In this document: positions 46,821 through 55,541 of the stretch, in pieces
Layout: each line of letters opens with the position of its first letter
How positions within the stretch are numbered: position 1 is the stretch's first letter
DNA from: Candidatus Saccharimonadota bacterium
Lineage (GTDB): Bacteria > Patescibacteriota > Saccharimonadia > Saccharimonadales > Saccharimonadaceae
Assembly: GCA_009783305.1 (NCBI GenBank)
Contig: WRHJ01000002.1
Coordinates: 87,097-151,096, forward strand
Direction of reading: 5' to 3'
Length of the DNA: 64,000 nt
Translations under genes and position numbers: made by a program
The notes under the pieces: generated by a model
Told to the model about the DNA's origin: nothing
The model's input: the letters and a program-made list of their open reading frames with translations, nothing else
The model's database searches: none

Positions 46821-48361
46821 GGCTTCATTTTAGCGTGTTTCCGTAATCTTTGCCCGCAAAATCGCCCAATCTCATGCCTAAACTGCAAAACTACATACAA
46901 AATCCCGCCTACCACCACTACCGCCAGCGTCCCATAAGCTACAAACGTCGAAGTATCCGTATAAGTAGTCGGCTCCACACCATACTCTGCACCATTATTT
47001 TCCCGAATTTGCCGACACCGATTCGTCTCCGGGTTCCTCTCGTAACCATCTTTGCAAGGCGTCAAAGCCGCCGTTGCCGTCGCAATTTTCTTGCACCTAT
47101 TGGTCTCTGGATTTCGAAAATACCCCTCTGCGCACGGCGCCAAAATACCTGCCACCGTCTCATAAGATTTACACCGATTCGTCTCTGGATTTCTAAATTT
47201 ACCTGCCGGACAATCCGGCAACGGCTCGTCTTCAAAGAAATTGATGCAGTTTCCCGTTAGCGGATTTATCACCTTACCCGCTGGACAACTTTTGAATTCT
47301 TGATAAACATTTTCCTCCCCTGGCGTTACCGCATAGGTCTGCCGCCAAATTTCTCCACCATCAGCCGCAATGCCAAACCAAGCATATGACACCGATTTCT
47401 TCTGCCCGCCATAATAAGTCAGGCTCGCTACCTCCGTGCCATCGCTATCAATCAGCAAAACCTCATTTGACGCTGTCGGATTCTTCGTCAATTTCAGTTC
47501 AGCATTTTGGTAAGCCAAATATTCGCCCGGCTGTAATTCACCGACCATCGCATAGGTCTGATTCTTGTACTTAATCCTACAATCGCCTACAGATATGATC
47601 TCGTCTGTCGGATTAAACAGCTCCACAAATTGCTCTCCGTAATCCACCTCAAAATAAGTGAAAATTTCCGAGAATATTAAGCCCTTGCAGCTTGCCAAAT
47701 CCGTCGGCAACTCCTCTGCCGGTTCCTCTTCAGGCACATCATACACCAACGCCCCAAAATTTATCTCCGGATAATACGCTCGAAATTCAAACGCCCTACC
47801 ATTGCCGCAATCATCCGCCAATCCATCCACTATACACCGCGCCAACGTCAAATTCCCCGCTTGGCTGGTAGAAAACTGGCCATATTTTTCACTGCATCCC
47901 GCACTTCCCCAACATACTTCATCCACTATCTCGCCATCGTACAAAAGACTCACCGTCCCGGTTGTTGCCGCCAAGTTAAATCTATATCTATAATCCTCCT
48001 CCGCCTCCGCAAATTGCGGCGACCCGTTATACCCCACCGCCAAAAATTCGGCGTTCAAAACCACCCCCGCCGACCAACTATGCACTGAGCTGTTCCCGCC
48101 GCTATTCGTATAAACTAAACTATATCCCTCCAACCTCAACGGTTCCCCCGCCACATTAAACAATTCCACAAAATCATAATTTTGCTGCGAACCATCCACT
48201 CCCGTATAGCCTGCATTTACCGCCAAAATCATCAGTTTCGGCGAAAGATCAAGCGCAGGTCCAACCTCCGGCACCTCTGTTATCGCCCCCACTGGCACCG
48301 CCATCCCGACACACATAATTACAGTTGCTAAATATTTGATTGATCTACAAATTTTTTTCAT
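46817..48361 (-). CDS. Secreted lamin-tail-domain (LTD) protein with four Cys-repeats and a C-terminal TM
   Basis: Two LTD-like signatures (YDFVELFNVAGEPLRLEGYSL, EQFVELFNPTDEIISVGDC). Four copies of C-x2-G-x-x-x-N-P-x-T-x-x-C. Start set at MKK (48361). ATGA overlap with ruvC. Confidence 0.7.
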   Translation of the reverse strand: MKKICRSIKYLATVIMCVGMAVPVGAITEVPEVGPALDLSPKLMILAVNAGYTGVDGSQQNYDFVELFNVAGEPLRLEGYSLVYTNSGGNSSVHSWSAGVVLNAEFLAVGYNGSPQFAEAEEDYRYRFNLAATTGTVSLLYDGEIVDEVCWGSAGCSEKYGQFSTSQAGNLTLARCIVDGLADDCGNGRAFEFRAYYPEINFGALVYDVPEEEPAEELPTDLASCKGLIFSEIFTYFEVDYGEQFVELFNPTDEIISVGDCRIKYKNQTYAMVGELQPGEYLAYQNAELKLTKNPTASNEVLLIDSDGTEVASLTYYGGQKKSVSYAWFGIAADGGEIWRQTYAVTPGEENVYQEFKSCPAGKVINPLTGNCINFFEDEPLPDCPAGKFRNPETNRCKSYETVAGILAPCAEGYFRNPETNRCKKIATATAALTPCKDGYERNPETNRCRQIRENNGAEYGVEPTTYTDTSTFVAYGTLAVVVVGGILYVVLQFRHEIGRFCGQRLRKHAKMKP

Positions 48362-48408
48362 GCCCCCAGCATAAAAAACCGACCAATACTTAAAAAGCAT
48401 CAGCGTGT

Positions 48409-48414
48409 TACAAT
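48409..48414 (+). promoter_or_regulatory. -10-like box 6 nt upstream of the ATG (leaderless candidate)
   Basis: TACAAT, 6 nt, then ATG at 48421. Confidence 0.35.
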
Positions 48415-48420
48415 ATAGAC

Positions 48421-49119
48421 ATGAGCGAGTTCATAAGTATCGCCATTATCGTCTTGGCTGCTATCGTGCATGCCTCGCTTCAGCTTGGGCTTGGCTGCCT
48501 CCTCTTGCTTTATCACGAATCCGCCGGCAAACACATCCAAAGCAAAACCCGCAATCTCGTCGGCAGCTTCATTTCCGGCGTCGGCACCATCGCCTTTCTG
48601 CTTCTTGCCACCGCTTGCTTCGTCATCTCCAACACTTTCGACGGCGCCCTTTCCATCCAGATCCTTACTGCCGCCATCGGCATCCTCATCGCCTTAGCTA
48701 TCGTCATGTGGTTCTTCTACTACCGGCGTGGCTCTTCTACCGAACTTTGGTTGCCGCAAATTGTCGCCAAATTCATCAACAATCGCGCCAAAGTCACCAA
48801 CAGCAACACCGAAGCTTTTTCGCTTGGCGTCACGACCGGTTTTGCCGAAATGCCCTTCATCATCATCTTGCTGCTAGTCGCCGGCAACAGCGTGCTCGAA
48901 CTTGATCCCATGTATCAGCCACTCATGGTGGCTTTTTACACAATTATCGCCATCATCCCGCTCGTCGTCTTCAACATTATCATCCGCACAGGGCACAACG
49001 TCGTTGAAATCCAAAAATGGCGCGTGCGCAACAAACTTTTCCTTCGCATTATTTCCGGTCTCGGTTTTCTCGCGCTCGGTCTCTTCATTTTCGCCTTTAA
49101 AATTCTCGACCTGTCATGA
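48421..49119 (+). CDS. Polytopic membrane protein (about 6 TM), function unknown
   Basis: Hydrophobic ORF. ATGA overlap with the next ORF. Confidence 0.6.
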   Translation: MSEFISIAIIVLAAIVHASLQLGLGCLLLLYHESAGKHIQSKTRNLVGSFISGVGTIAFLLLATACFVISNTFDGALSIQILTAAIGILIALAIVMWFFYYRRGSSTELWLPQIVAKFINNRAKVTNSNTEAFSLGVTTGFAEMPFIIILLLVAGNSVLELDPMYQPLMVAFYTIIAIIPLVVFNIIIRTGHNVVEIQKWRVRNKLFLRIISGLGFLALGLFIFAFKILDLS

Positions 49120-49364
49120 AAAAAACCAAAGCATATTCTAGCGCCGCCCTCAAACAGCAAATTCTCACCGACGCCAAATCCCTAAAAATTGCCGAACATT
49201 GGGCCGAAACTATGGCCGACAAAACTGTCAAGTACGTTGACGACTGGATCAAGGACCGCGGCACCGTTACTGAAGCCGACATCAACCGCGTCGTGCACAA
49301 CCAGCTCAAGGAGCTCAACGCCGATCTCGCTTATATTTATAAAAATCGTGGTAAGATATTATAA
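49116..49364 (+). CDS. Small hypothetical protein (82 aa; weak ATP-cone-like pattern)
   Basis: Coupled to flanking genes. ...VTEADINRVVHNQLKELNADLAYIYKN resembles the end of an ATP-cone. Weak evidence. Confidence 0.4.
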   Translation: MKKTKAYSSAALKQQILTDAKSLKIAEHWAETMADKTVKYVDDWIKDRGTVTEADINRVVHNQLKELNADLAYIYKNRGKIL

Positions 49365-50729
49365 ATGGCCAGAGCAAAAAACGATTTCGACCTCATTGTC
49401 ATAGGTAGTGGTGCTGCCGGTGGTGCCAGCGCCTTAATGGCTGCTGGAGCAGGGAAAAAAGTTGCCCTGATTGAAGCCCACAAATGGGGCGGATCCAGCC
49501 TCAACTATACCGGCGTTCCAATGGACGCGCTGTTTCACGCCACACATCTCTTAACTGAAGCTGCCGAAGGAGTTAAATTCGGCATCAGCAGCAGCAATCT
49601 GCGCTACAATTATCCCACCATCAATAACTGGAAAAATGTCGCCATGCGCCGCGCTGGCGCCGGCAGTAAAAAGGCTTTCGAAGATGCCGGCATCACCTGC
49701 GTAAAAGGCCGCGCCCATTTTCTTGGCTCCTACCAGGTTGGCGTTAACGACGTCCGCTTGACTGCTCGTAAAATTCTCATTGCCACTGGCGCCCAACCCC
49801 TCGATACTGGCATCAAAGGCCTGCATGACGTCAACTTTATGACGCCCGATTCCATCCTCGACCTCATCCGCCCGCCCCGTACTATTTTCGTGGTTGGCGC
49901 TGGTTCCACTGGCTGTGAAGTTGCCCAATATTTCGCCGAACTTGGCACCAAAGTTCTGGTTGCCGAAGTTGCCGGCCGGCTCTTGCCCAAAGAAGACGAA
50001 GAAGTCGGACAAGTCATGGACAATTGTTTCAACAAACTTGGCATCAAAGTCCTCACTCAATCTCGCGTCGTCGCCCTCGAAAAAGATTCCGTCAGTAAAA
50101 AAGTCATCTTCATGCGCGGCGGCCAAGAAAAGTCCGTCCGCATCGACGAAGTTATTTTATGTACCGGCAGTACTCCAGCTACCGATCTCGGCCTTGAAAA
50201 TGCCGGCATCAAATACGGCGCCAAGGGCATCAAAGTCAACAAAAACCTCCAAACCTCCATGAAGCACATTTTCGCTGCTGGCGATTGTATTGGCGGTGAT
50301 AGTTCTACGGAAAAAGCCGTCTTAGAAGCCGCAGTCGCCGTTTCTAACCTCGTCCATCGCCCCAAAGCTGTCGTCGAGTATGCCGGACTTAGCCGTATCA
50401 CTCGCACTTATCCTGAAGTTGCTTCCGTTGGTGCCACTGAAGATGACTGTATCCGCCGCGACCGCAAAATCCGCAAAGTCGTCGTCCCGCTTTCCACTGT
50501 GGAAGCCAGCAACACCTCAGATTTCCGAGATGGTTTCGTCAAAATCATCACCGACCGCAACCGCAAAATTATCGGCGCCTCTATTGTCGCTCCTCGCGCC
50601 GGCATTTTAATTCAAGAAATCGCCATGGCCATCCGCCTCGGCCTCTATGCCTCTGACATCGCCGACACTCCCCACATCGCCAGTGATTGGGGCGAACTCA
50701 TCCGCATCGCCGCCCGCCGCCTGTCTTAG
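49365..50729 (+). CDS. Class I pyridine nucleotide-disulfide oxidoreductase homolog (Lpd-like) lacking the redox-active Cys pair
   Basis: FDLIVIGSGAAGG (FAD) and FVVGAGSTGCEVAQ (NAD). The CxxxxC site reads GGSSLNYTGVP. Confidence 0.8.
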   Translation: MARAKNDFDLIVIGSGAAGGASALMAAGAGKKVALIEAHKWGGSSLNYTGVPMDALFHATHLLTEAAEGVKFGISSSNLRYNYPTINNWKNVAMRRAGAGSKKAFEDAGITCVKGRAHFLGSYQVGVNDVRLTARKILIATGAQPLDTGIKGLHDVNFMTPDSILDLIRPPRTIFVVGAGSTGCEVAQYFAELGTKVLVAEVAGRLLPKEDEEVGQVMDNCFNKLGIKVLTQSRVVALEKDSVSKKVIFMRGGQEKSVRIDEVILCTGSTPATDLGLENAGIKYGAKGIKVNKNLQTSMKHIFAAGDCIGGDSSTEKAVLEAAVAVSNLVHRPKAVVEYAGLSRITRTYPEVASVGATEDDCIRRDRKIRKVVVPLSTVEASNTSDFRDGFVKIITDRNRKIIGASIVAPRAGILIQEIAMAIRLGLYASDIADTPHIASDWGELIRIAARRLS

Positions 50730-50812
50730 GCTTGATAATTCAACGAAGCGAGCGAAAAGCTTGCTTTTCCGAGCGAGGCAGAATTATCTGCTGTCAGCCA
50801 AAGGCTGACAGC

Positions 50813-50841
50813 TTGACAAAAACTCAAAACTCAGATACAAT
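50813..50841 (+). promoter_or_regulatory. Promoter of the initiator tRNA
   Basis: TTGACA, 17 nt spacer, TACAAT. The tRNA 5' end is 11 nt downstream. Confidence 0.65.
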
Positions 50842-50852
50842 ACTACCCACGC

Positions 50853-50929
50853 CGCGGGGTAGAGCAGCCTGGTAGCTCGTTTGGCTCATAACCAAAAGGT
50901 CGTTGGTTCAAATCCAACCCCCGCAACCA
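50853..50929 (+). tRNA. tRNA-Met (CAT), initiator type
   Basis: Cloverleaf with anticodon loop CTCATAA, C1:A72 mismatch (CGCGGGG / CCCCGCA), T-loop TTCAAAT, encoded CCA. Confidence 0.9.
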
Positions 50930-50946
50930 CGATTTTTTAAGCGCAG

Positions 50947-51366
50947 TTATTGCGCCTTTTTTATCTGTCTTAAGTGATCCAACGCCCTTTTTATAGCTTC
51001 CGGATCTTCCGGATCTATTTTGTAGTAACCATCCTCCGCCCCATGTTGAGTTAGCACCATTTTCTCAGATTGATACAGCGTGTCATCAAACCAGACAAAT
51101 GGACGGGAAAAATCTATTGCATCTGTCTTCAATACTCCCCAATCGGTCTCCTTAAAAGTAGCTTCAATTTTATCAACCAGCTCACTCTGGTATATCCTAC
51201 TCAGTGACTCGCCAGTATGATTTTCCCCGCCTTTGCAATGAGTCGTCAACCAATACGTTGTATCTGGAAAATGTACCAGCAAATACTCCAAAAACTCTAT
51301 ACAATCTTCCAGCGGACTATATGTCCCCAGTATCACGCCATCAATATCTAGGTAAATATCCATCAC
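50947..51366 (-). CDS. Small HAD-like hydrolase-fold protein
   Basis: N-terminal YLDIDGVILG (HAD motif I-like) and ...FVWFDD. Confidence 0.5.
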   Translation of the reverse strand: MMDIYLDIDGVILGTYSPLEDCIEFLEYLLVHFPDTTYWLTTHCKGGENHTGESLSRIYQSELVDKIEATFKETDWGVLKTDAIDFSRPFVWFDDTLYQSEKMVLTQHGAEDGYYKIDPEDPEAIKRALDHLRQIKKAQ

Positions 51367-51367
51367 T

Positions 51368-51802
51368 TCAACTCCTCGGAAATAAAAAACTCATCCAAGA
51401 TTCAAAATTCGACTTTTCCTCCGTCACGATCATCTGGGTTTGATTATACTTTTCCTTCGCCGCCTTCGAATTCTCCGGCAGCACCACCATCGTCTCGCCT
51501 TCTAACATCTTGCCTTGCTTTTCACGCGCCATCAACTCTTGGTATTCTTCCGTTCGGTAATATTCTCGTTCCAACTCCATGTTGGCTATTTCCAATTTCA
51601 ATTTGGCTAAATGCAACTGCCGCGCCTCCAGTTTTTTCTCTAGTTCCCAATTGCGCGACATCGTGCTCACCGACGCCCATACCCAACTCGCACAAAATAT
51701 CAACGCCGCCACCAACACCACGTTATTCAGAGTCAAATAATCCTTCTTCACTCGATACGCCAACTGTCGACCCTTATTTTTCAATCTGTCCATGGTTATC
51801 AT
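51368..51802 (-). CDS. FtsB/DivIC-like septation protein (TM + coiled coil)
   Basis: A single TM followed by a heptad-rich helix (LEKKLEARQLHLAKLKLEIANMELE). Confidence 0.5.
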   Translation of the reverse strand: MITMDRLKNKGRQLAYRVKKDYLTLNNVVLVAALIFCASWVWASVSTMSRNWELEKKLEARQLHLAKLKLEIANMELEREYYRTEEYQELMAREKQGKMLEGETMVVLPENSKAAKEKYNQTQMIVTEEKSNFESWMSFLFPRS

Positions 51803-51849
51803 TATAGCGCAAAGCTGTTATAATTAGCCGGTATAACAGCATGTTATTC

Positions 51850-51925
51850 GGGGGCGTAGCTCAGTGGTTAGAGCAGTCGGCTCATAACCGATTGGTCCCT
51901 GGTTCAAGTCCAGGCGCCCCCACCA
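51850..51925 (+). tRNA. tRNA-Met (CAT), elongator type (or tRNA-Ile2 if lysidine-modified)
   Basis: Acceptor GGGGGCG/CGCCCCC fully paired, anticodon loop CTCATAA, T-loop TTCAAGT, encoded CCA. Confidence 0.9.
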
Positions 51926-51944
51926 TAAAATTTTAGGAGGTCAA

Positions 51945-53825
51945 GTGCCACAACCAAATCATCCCAAACAACCCGAAAAAAAGAATCGTGTCGGCAGCGC
52001 CATGCGCATGGCTGCTTTTTGGATTTTAATTGTTATTCTCGGCCTCACCGCTTTAGCCAGTTTTTCCACCCCTGCCGCTGATGCCGCCGAAGAAAAAGAT
52101 CTCACTGAGATTCTCGCTTTTGCCCGGGACGAAAAACTTGAAGAAATTATCGTTCGCGGCAACGAGCTAATCGTCACGCCCCGCGAAGGCACCGACTTGC
52201 CCCGCATGATTTCCATGAAAGACCCCTCCAGTTCGCTCAATGAACAAGGATTTGCCAGTATCATCGAAGACGGCCAAGTCCGCATCCGTATCGAAGAGCC
52301 CAGCAGCATTTGGGATAACGTTTTTGACATTGCACTCATCTTAGTACCGACTATTCTCATTATCGGTTTCTTTGTCTACATGATGCGCCAAGCCCAGTCC
52401 ATGAACAACCAGTCGATGGGCTTCGGCAAGTCCAAAGCCCGCCTCTACGGCAATGATAAGAAAAAAATCACTTTCAAAGATGTTGCCGGCAACGAAGCCG
52501 CCAAACAAGATCTCACCGAAATTGTTGATTTCCTCAAAAAACCCAAGAAGTACGAAGCGCTTGGTGCTAAAATCCCGCGCGGCGTGCTGCTCGCTGGTGA
52601 TCCCGGTACCGGCAAGACCCTCATGGCTCGCGCCGTGGCCGGCGAAGCTGGCGTCCCGTTCTTTAGCATCTCCGGTTCTGAATTTGCCGAAATGTTCGTC
52701 GGTGTTGGTGCCTCTCGCGTCCGAGACCTCTTCAATAAAGCCAAGAAAAACTCACCATCTATCATCTTCATCGATGAAATCGACGCCGTCGCCCACAAAC
52801 GCGATGCACGCGGCGGGTCGGGCAGGGAAGACGAACAGACTCTCAATCAGATACTGGTCGAAATGGATGGTTTCGACAACGAAACCGGCGTTATCGTCAT
52901 GGCTGCTACCAACCGCGTTGACATGCTCGATAAAGCTCTGTTGCGTCCCGGCCGCTTCGATCGCCACGTCAATGTTGTTTTGCCTGAACGCAAAGACCGC
53001 CTCGAAATTCTTCAGCTCCACTTCAAAGGCAAGCCCGTCGACGAAAATGTCGACCTCAAAGCTCTCGCCGCCAAAACTGCCGGCAGTTCCGGCGCCGACC
53101 TGGCCAATATCGCCAACGAAGCCGCCATTACCGCCGCCCGCGAAGGCCACAAAACCATTAGCAACGCTGATCTGACCGAAGCTTTCGAACGCGTCGCCAT
53201 TGGCCCCGAGCGCAAAAGTAAAGTCATGACCGATGAAGAACGCAAAATCACCGCCTATCACGAAGCCGGTCACGCCGTCGTCGGCCACGTTTTGCCTGAT
53301 TCTGATCCCGTTCACAAAGTCACCATCATCCCTCGCGGTCACACCGGCGGCGTCACCTGGTTCCTCCCCGAAGAGGACCGCAGTTACAAAAATATCTATG
53401 AACTCAAAGATGTCCTCGCTCGTGCTATGGGCGGCCGCATGGCCGAAAAAATCATCTTTGGCGACGACGGCATTACCACCGGCGCCAGCTCTGACCTCAA
53501 GCATGTCAGCCAACTAGCTCGCGAAATGGTTACCGAGGAAGGCATGGGCGGCCGAACCCGCAACCAAGTCTTTAACACCTCCGAGGTCAATTTCTTTGGC
53601 GACCGTGCCAAAGCCTATTCTGAAAAGACTTCCGAGGTTATCGATACCGAAATCGAAACCTTGACCCGCGAATCCACCAAACGCGCCGAACTGGTCCTCA
53701 AGGTCAACCAAAAATACCTTGACGAGCTCGCCGCCGCCTTGCTCGAAAAAGAAACTCTAGAAGAAAAAGAAGTCCGCGATATCCTCAAAGGCACTACCCT
53801 CCCACCCACCGCGAAATTACATTAA
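51945..53825 (+). CDS. ftsH: ATP-dependent zinc metalloprotease FtsH
   Basis: GTG start behind AGGAGG. Two [24 protein letters not shown]. Confidence 0.97.
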   Translation: MPQPNHPKQPEKKNRVGSAMRMAAFWILIVILGLTALASFSTPAADAAEEKDLTEILAFARDEKLEEIIVRGNELIVTPREGTDLPRMISMKDPSSSLNEQGFASIIEDGQVRIRIEEPSSIWDNVFDIALILVPTILIIGFFVYMMRQAQSMNNQSMGFGKSKARLYGNDKKKITFKDVAGNEAAKQDLTEIVDFLKKPKKYEALGAKIPRGVLLAGDPGTGKTLMARAVAGEAGVPFFSISGSEFAEMFVGVGASRVRDLFNKAKKNSPSIIFIDEIDAVAHKRDARGGSGREDEQTLNQILVEMDGFDNETGVIVMAATNRVDMLDKALLRPGRFDRHVNVVLPERKDRLEILQLHFKGKPVDENVDLKALAAKTAGSSGADLANIANEAAITAAREGHKTISNADLTEAFERVAIGPERKSKVMTDEERKITAYHEAGHAVVGHVLPDSDPVHKVTIIPRGHTGGVTWFLPEEDRSYKNIYELKDVLARAMGGRMAEKIIFGDDGITTGASSDLKHVSQLAREMVTEEGMGGRTRNQVFNTSEVNFFGDRAKAYSEKTSEVIDTEIETLTRESTKRAELVLKVNQKYLDELAAALLEKETLEEKEVRDILKGTTLPPTAKLH

Positions 53826-53861
53826 CGTTTACTTTTTGACATTTTCTGATATAATTGTGTT

Positions 53862-53998
53862 GCTGAAGCGGCGTTAGATCGCCGCCGCCATATAAACGGC
53901 GTGAAAGCTCATGGGTGATCTCCGGAGCCATGAGATGGTAGCATGGTTGGTGCAAGTCCAACCCAGCAAAAAAGACGGTCAGAAATGACCGTCTTTAA
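53862..53998 (+). ncRNA. Candidate ~135-nt structured RNA of unknown family
   Basis: A -10 TATAAT (53850-53855) lies upstream. Closing helix UUGCUG/CAGCAA. Three internal hairpins: GCGGCG/CGCCGC, CUCAUGG/CCAUGAG, GGUUGG/CCAACC. An intrinsic terminator follows. Confidence 0.3.
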
Positions 53999-54002
53999 TT
54001 TT
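53968..54002. terminator. Bidirectional intrinsic terminator
   Basis: AAAAAA-GACGGTCA-gaaa-TGACCGTC-TTTAATTTT. Confidence 0.7.
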
Positions 54003-54015
54003 GGACAGGTTATAG

Positions 54016-54599
54016 TTATGTCCTGTGGTCAGGAGGTGGCACATGGCGATCCTTATGTCCTTTTGGCAAACTCTCATTTGTCCAATGGAAATTTCGGTCT
54101 CCGCGTTCATCGGCATCCCAAGAAACCCTGTAGCCATCGGCATATTTCATAGTCAAATGATAAGGGCCAACATATTTCCTATCCCAGAAGGTCTTGGCAG
54201 GGATTTCCATTGGCGAGTGATTACTACGGAATCTACCATAAAGCGTCGCTCTTTCTTCTCGCTGGCGTTCGAACCCTTCCTTACAGTTTTTGCAATACTT
54301 AGGCGGATGCGACCAGTCGGAATTAACCCGAATCGTGTTGCTGCAAGTCGCCGATGCGCAAGGCACGTCGCTCCATTTCGCTCGCTCTTGTAAGCGTCCC
54401 AGTCGTTCTGCTGACGCTCAAAAGCTCTGTTCATTTCTAAGCGGGCTGCCTGGACTTTATCCCAACTTGCGTCCATTTCCGCCCTCAGTTCGCTGCGCAA
54501 ATCCCCCAATGGCTTCATCCGGTCATATGCAGCTTGCTTGTCGGCAAAAGCCTGGTCCGATCTTTCCTTCAGACGATCAATTTCTGGATTGCGTGGCAT
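54016..54599 (-). pseudogene. Frameshifted gene: coiled-coil N-terminus + zinc-ribbon/unknown C-terminus
   Basis: ORF 54599->54153 is protein-like only for about 75 aa. ORF 54366->54016 (-1 frame) carries CSNTIRVNSDWSHPPKYCKNCKE and a normal-looking domain. The two frames overlap between 54366 and 54417. Confidence 0.45.
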
Positions 54600-54744
54600 A
54601 ATTACACACTCCCTTTTCAAAGAACAAATTTACCTCCGGAGTCACCCAAGAGCGTATTAACCGCAGAATAGCATAAATTTGTTATTATAGCAAGAATATT
54701 GACGCGCATGAAAAAGGGCGTTGCAATGGCAACGCCCTTAGTTG

Positions 54745-55428
54745 TTAGTCACGGACAACTTCCACATTCTTTCCGTCATATTTGATACTGTAGTTACCAG
54801 CAGCATCAACCTCAATGATAGCCCTTTCAACCCCATGAGGTCGTCCGAATCCTCTCATTGGGTCTTCAATCGACTGATCAGCCAGTCTGGGTATGGCATA
54901 CAATACGAAATCCATCAGATAATCATACATGTACACATTAACCCCAGTAAAATAGATTCTTTTCGCCTGGCTGTCATTTATTCGGGTATCAGTCGCGTTG
55001 AACATCGTCGCGACAAGAGCAACATAGTCATTATGGTTTGCAGAAATACGATATCCCGAACCCAACATAATGCTTCTTGCCCAGGTTGTCTTGCCGCCGG
55101 CACTTCCACTACAGGACAAACGAATTACCGGATCTCCTAAATCGGGTTCAGTAACTTGGAACTTATCGATACCGTGCGCCGCACAGTATCCAATCATGTC
55201 AAATTCTGAATCGCTTATCCAGTAGTTTTCAGGGTCAATGCCTGGATTAACTGAAGGAGTCGACGTTGGATCGCTCACTGGATCGTTAGATTCTGTCGGC
55301 TTTTCAGGCTCTGACGGGCTCATCGTCCCACTGGTATTTCCACTCGTTATATCCGGATTACTCTTTGAGCACCCAGCTAAGGTGGCTACCAGCAACGCAG
55401 CTAACATCAATAAGACTAACTTTTTCAT
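54745..55428 (-). CDS. Lipoprotein, function unknown
   Basis: MKKLVLLMLAALLVATLAGC lipobox, then a Ser/Thr/Pro linker. Start set at 55428 behind GAGAGGGGAG. Confidence 0.7.
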   Translation of the reverse strand: MKKLVLLMLAALLVATLAGCSKSNPDITSGNTSGTMSPSEPEKPTESNDPVSDPTSTPSVNPGIDPENYWISDSEFDMIGYCAAHGIDKFQVTEPDLGDPVIRLSCSGSAGGKTTWARSIMLGSGYRISANHNDYVALVATMFNATDTRINDSQAKRIYFTGVNVYMYDYLMDFVLYAIPRLADQSIEDPMRGFGRPHGVERAIIEVDAAGNYSIKYDGKNVEVVRD

Positions 55429-55502
55429 TTTAAGGTACTCCCCTCTCTTAGATTTGTTGAAGTAGCCACCAAGGCACTTCCATACCCTCATTATAGCATA
55501 CC

Positions 55503-55531
55503 TTGCAGAAAAAGTCAATATCCAATATAAT
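55503..55531 (+). promoter_or_regulatory. Promoter of the three-gene island operon (near-leaderless)
   Basis: TTGCAG, 17 nt spacer, TATAAT. The ATG at 55542 lies 10 nt after the -10, with no SD. Confidence 0.55.
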
Positions 55532-55541
55532 AATAAGCGGA

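Noticed and set aside
53862-53970. A bona fide tRNA (possibly class II or Sec-like) in the structured region after ftsH.
   Set aside because: Acceptor-, D- and T-arm-like helices can be drawn. However, the anticodon-like loop is 8 nt with no sensible anticodon context, the variable region plus linkers are far too long, the D-loop lacks GG and no CCA is present. It is retained only as a tRNA-like/unknown RNA candidate.
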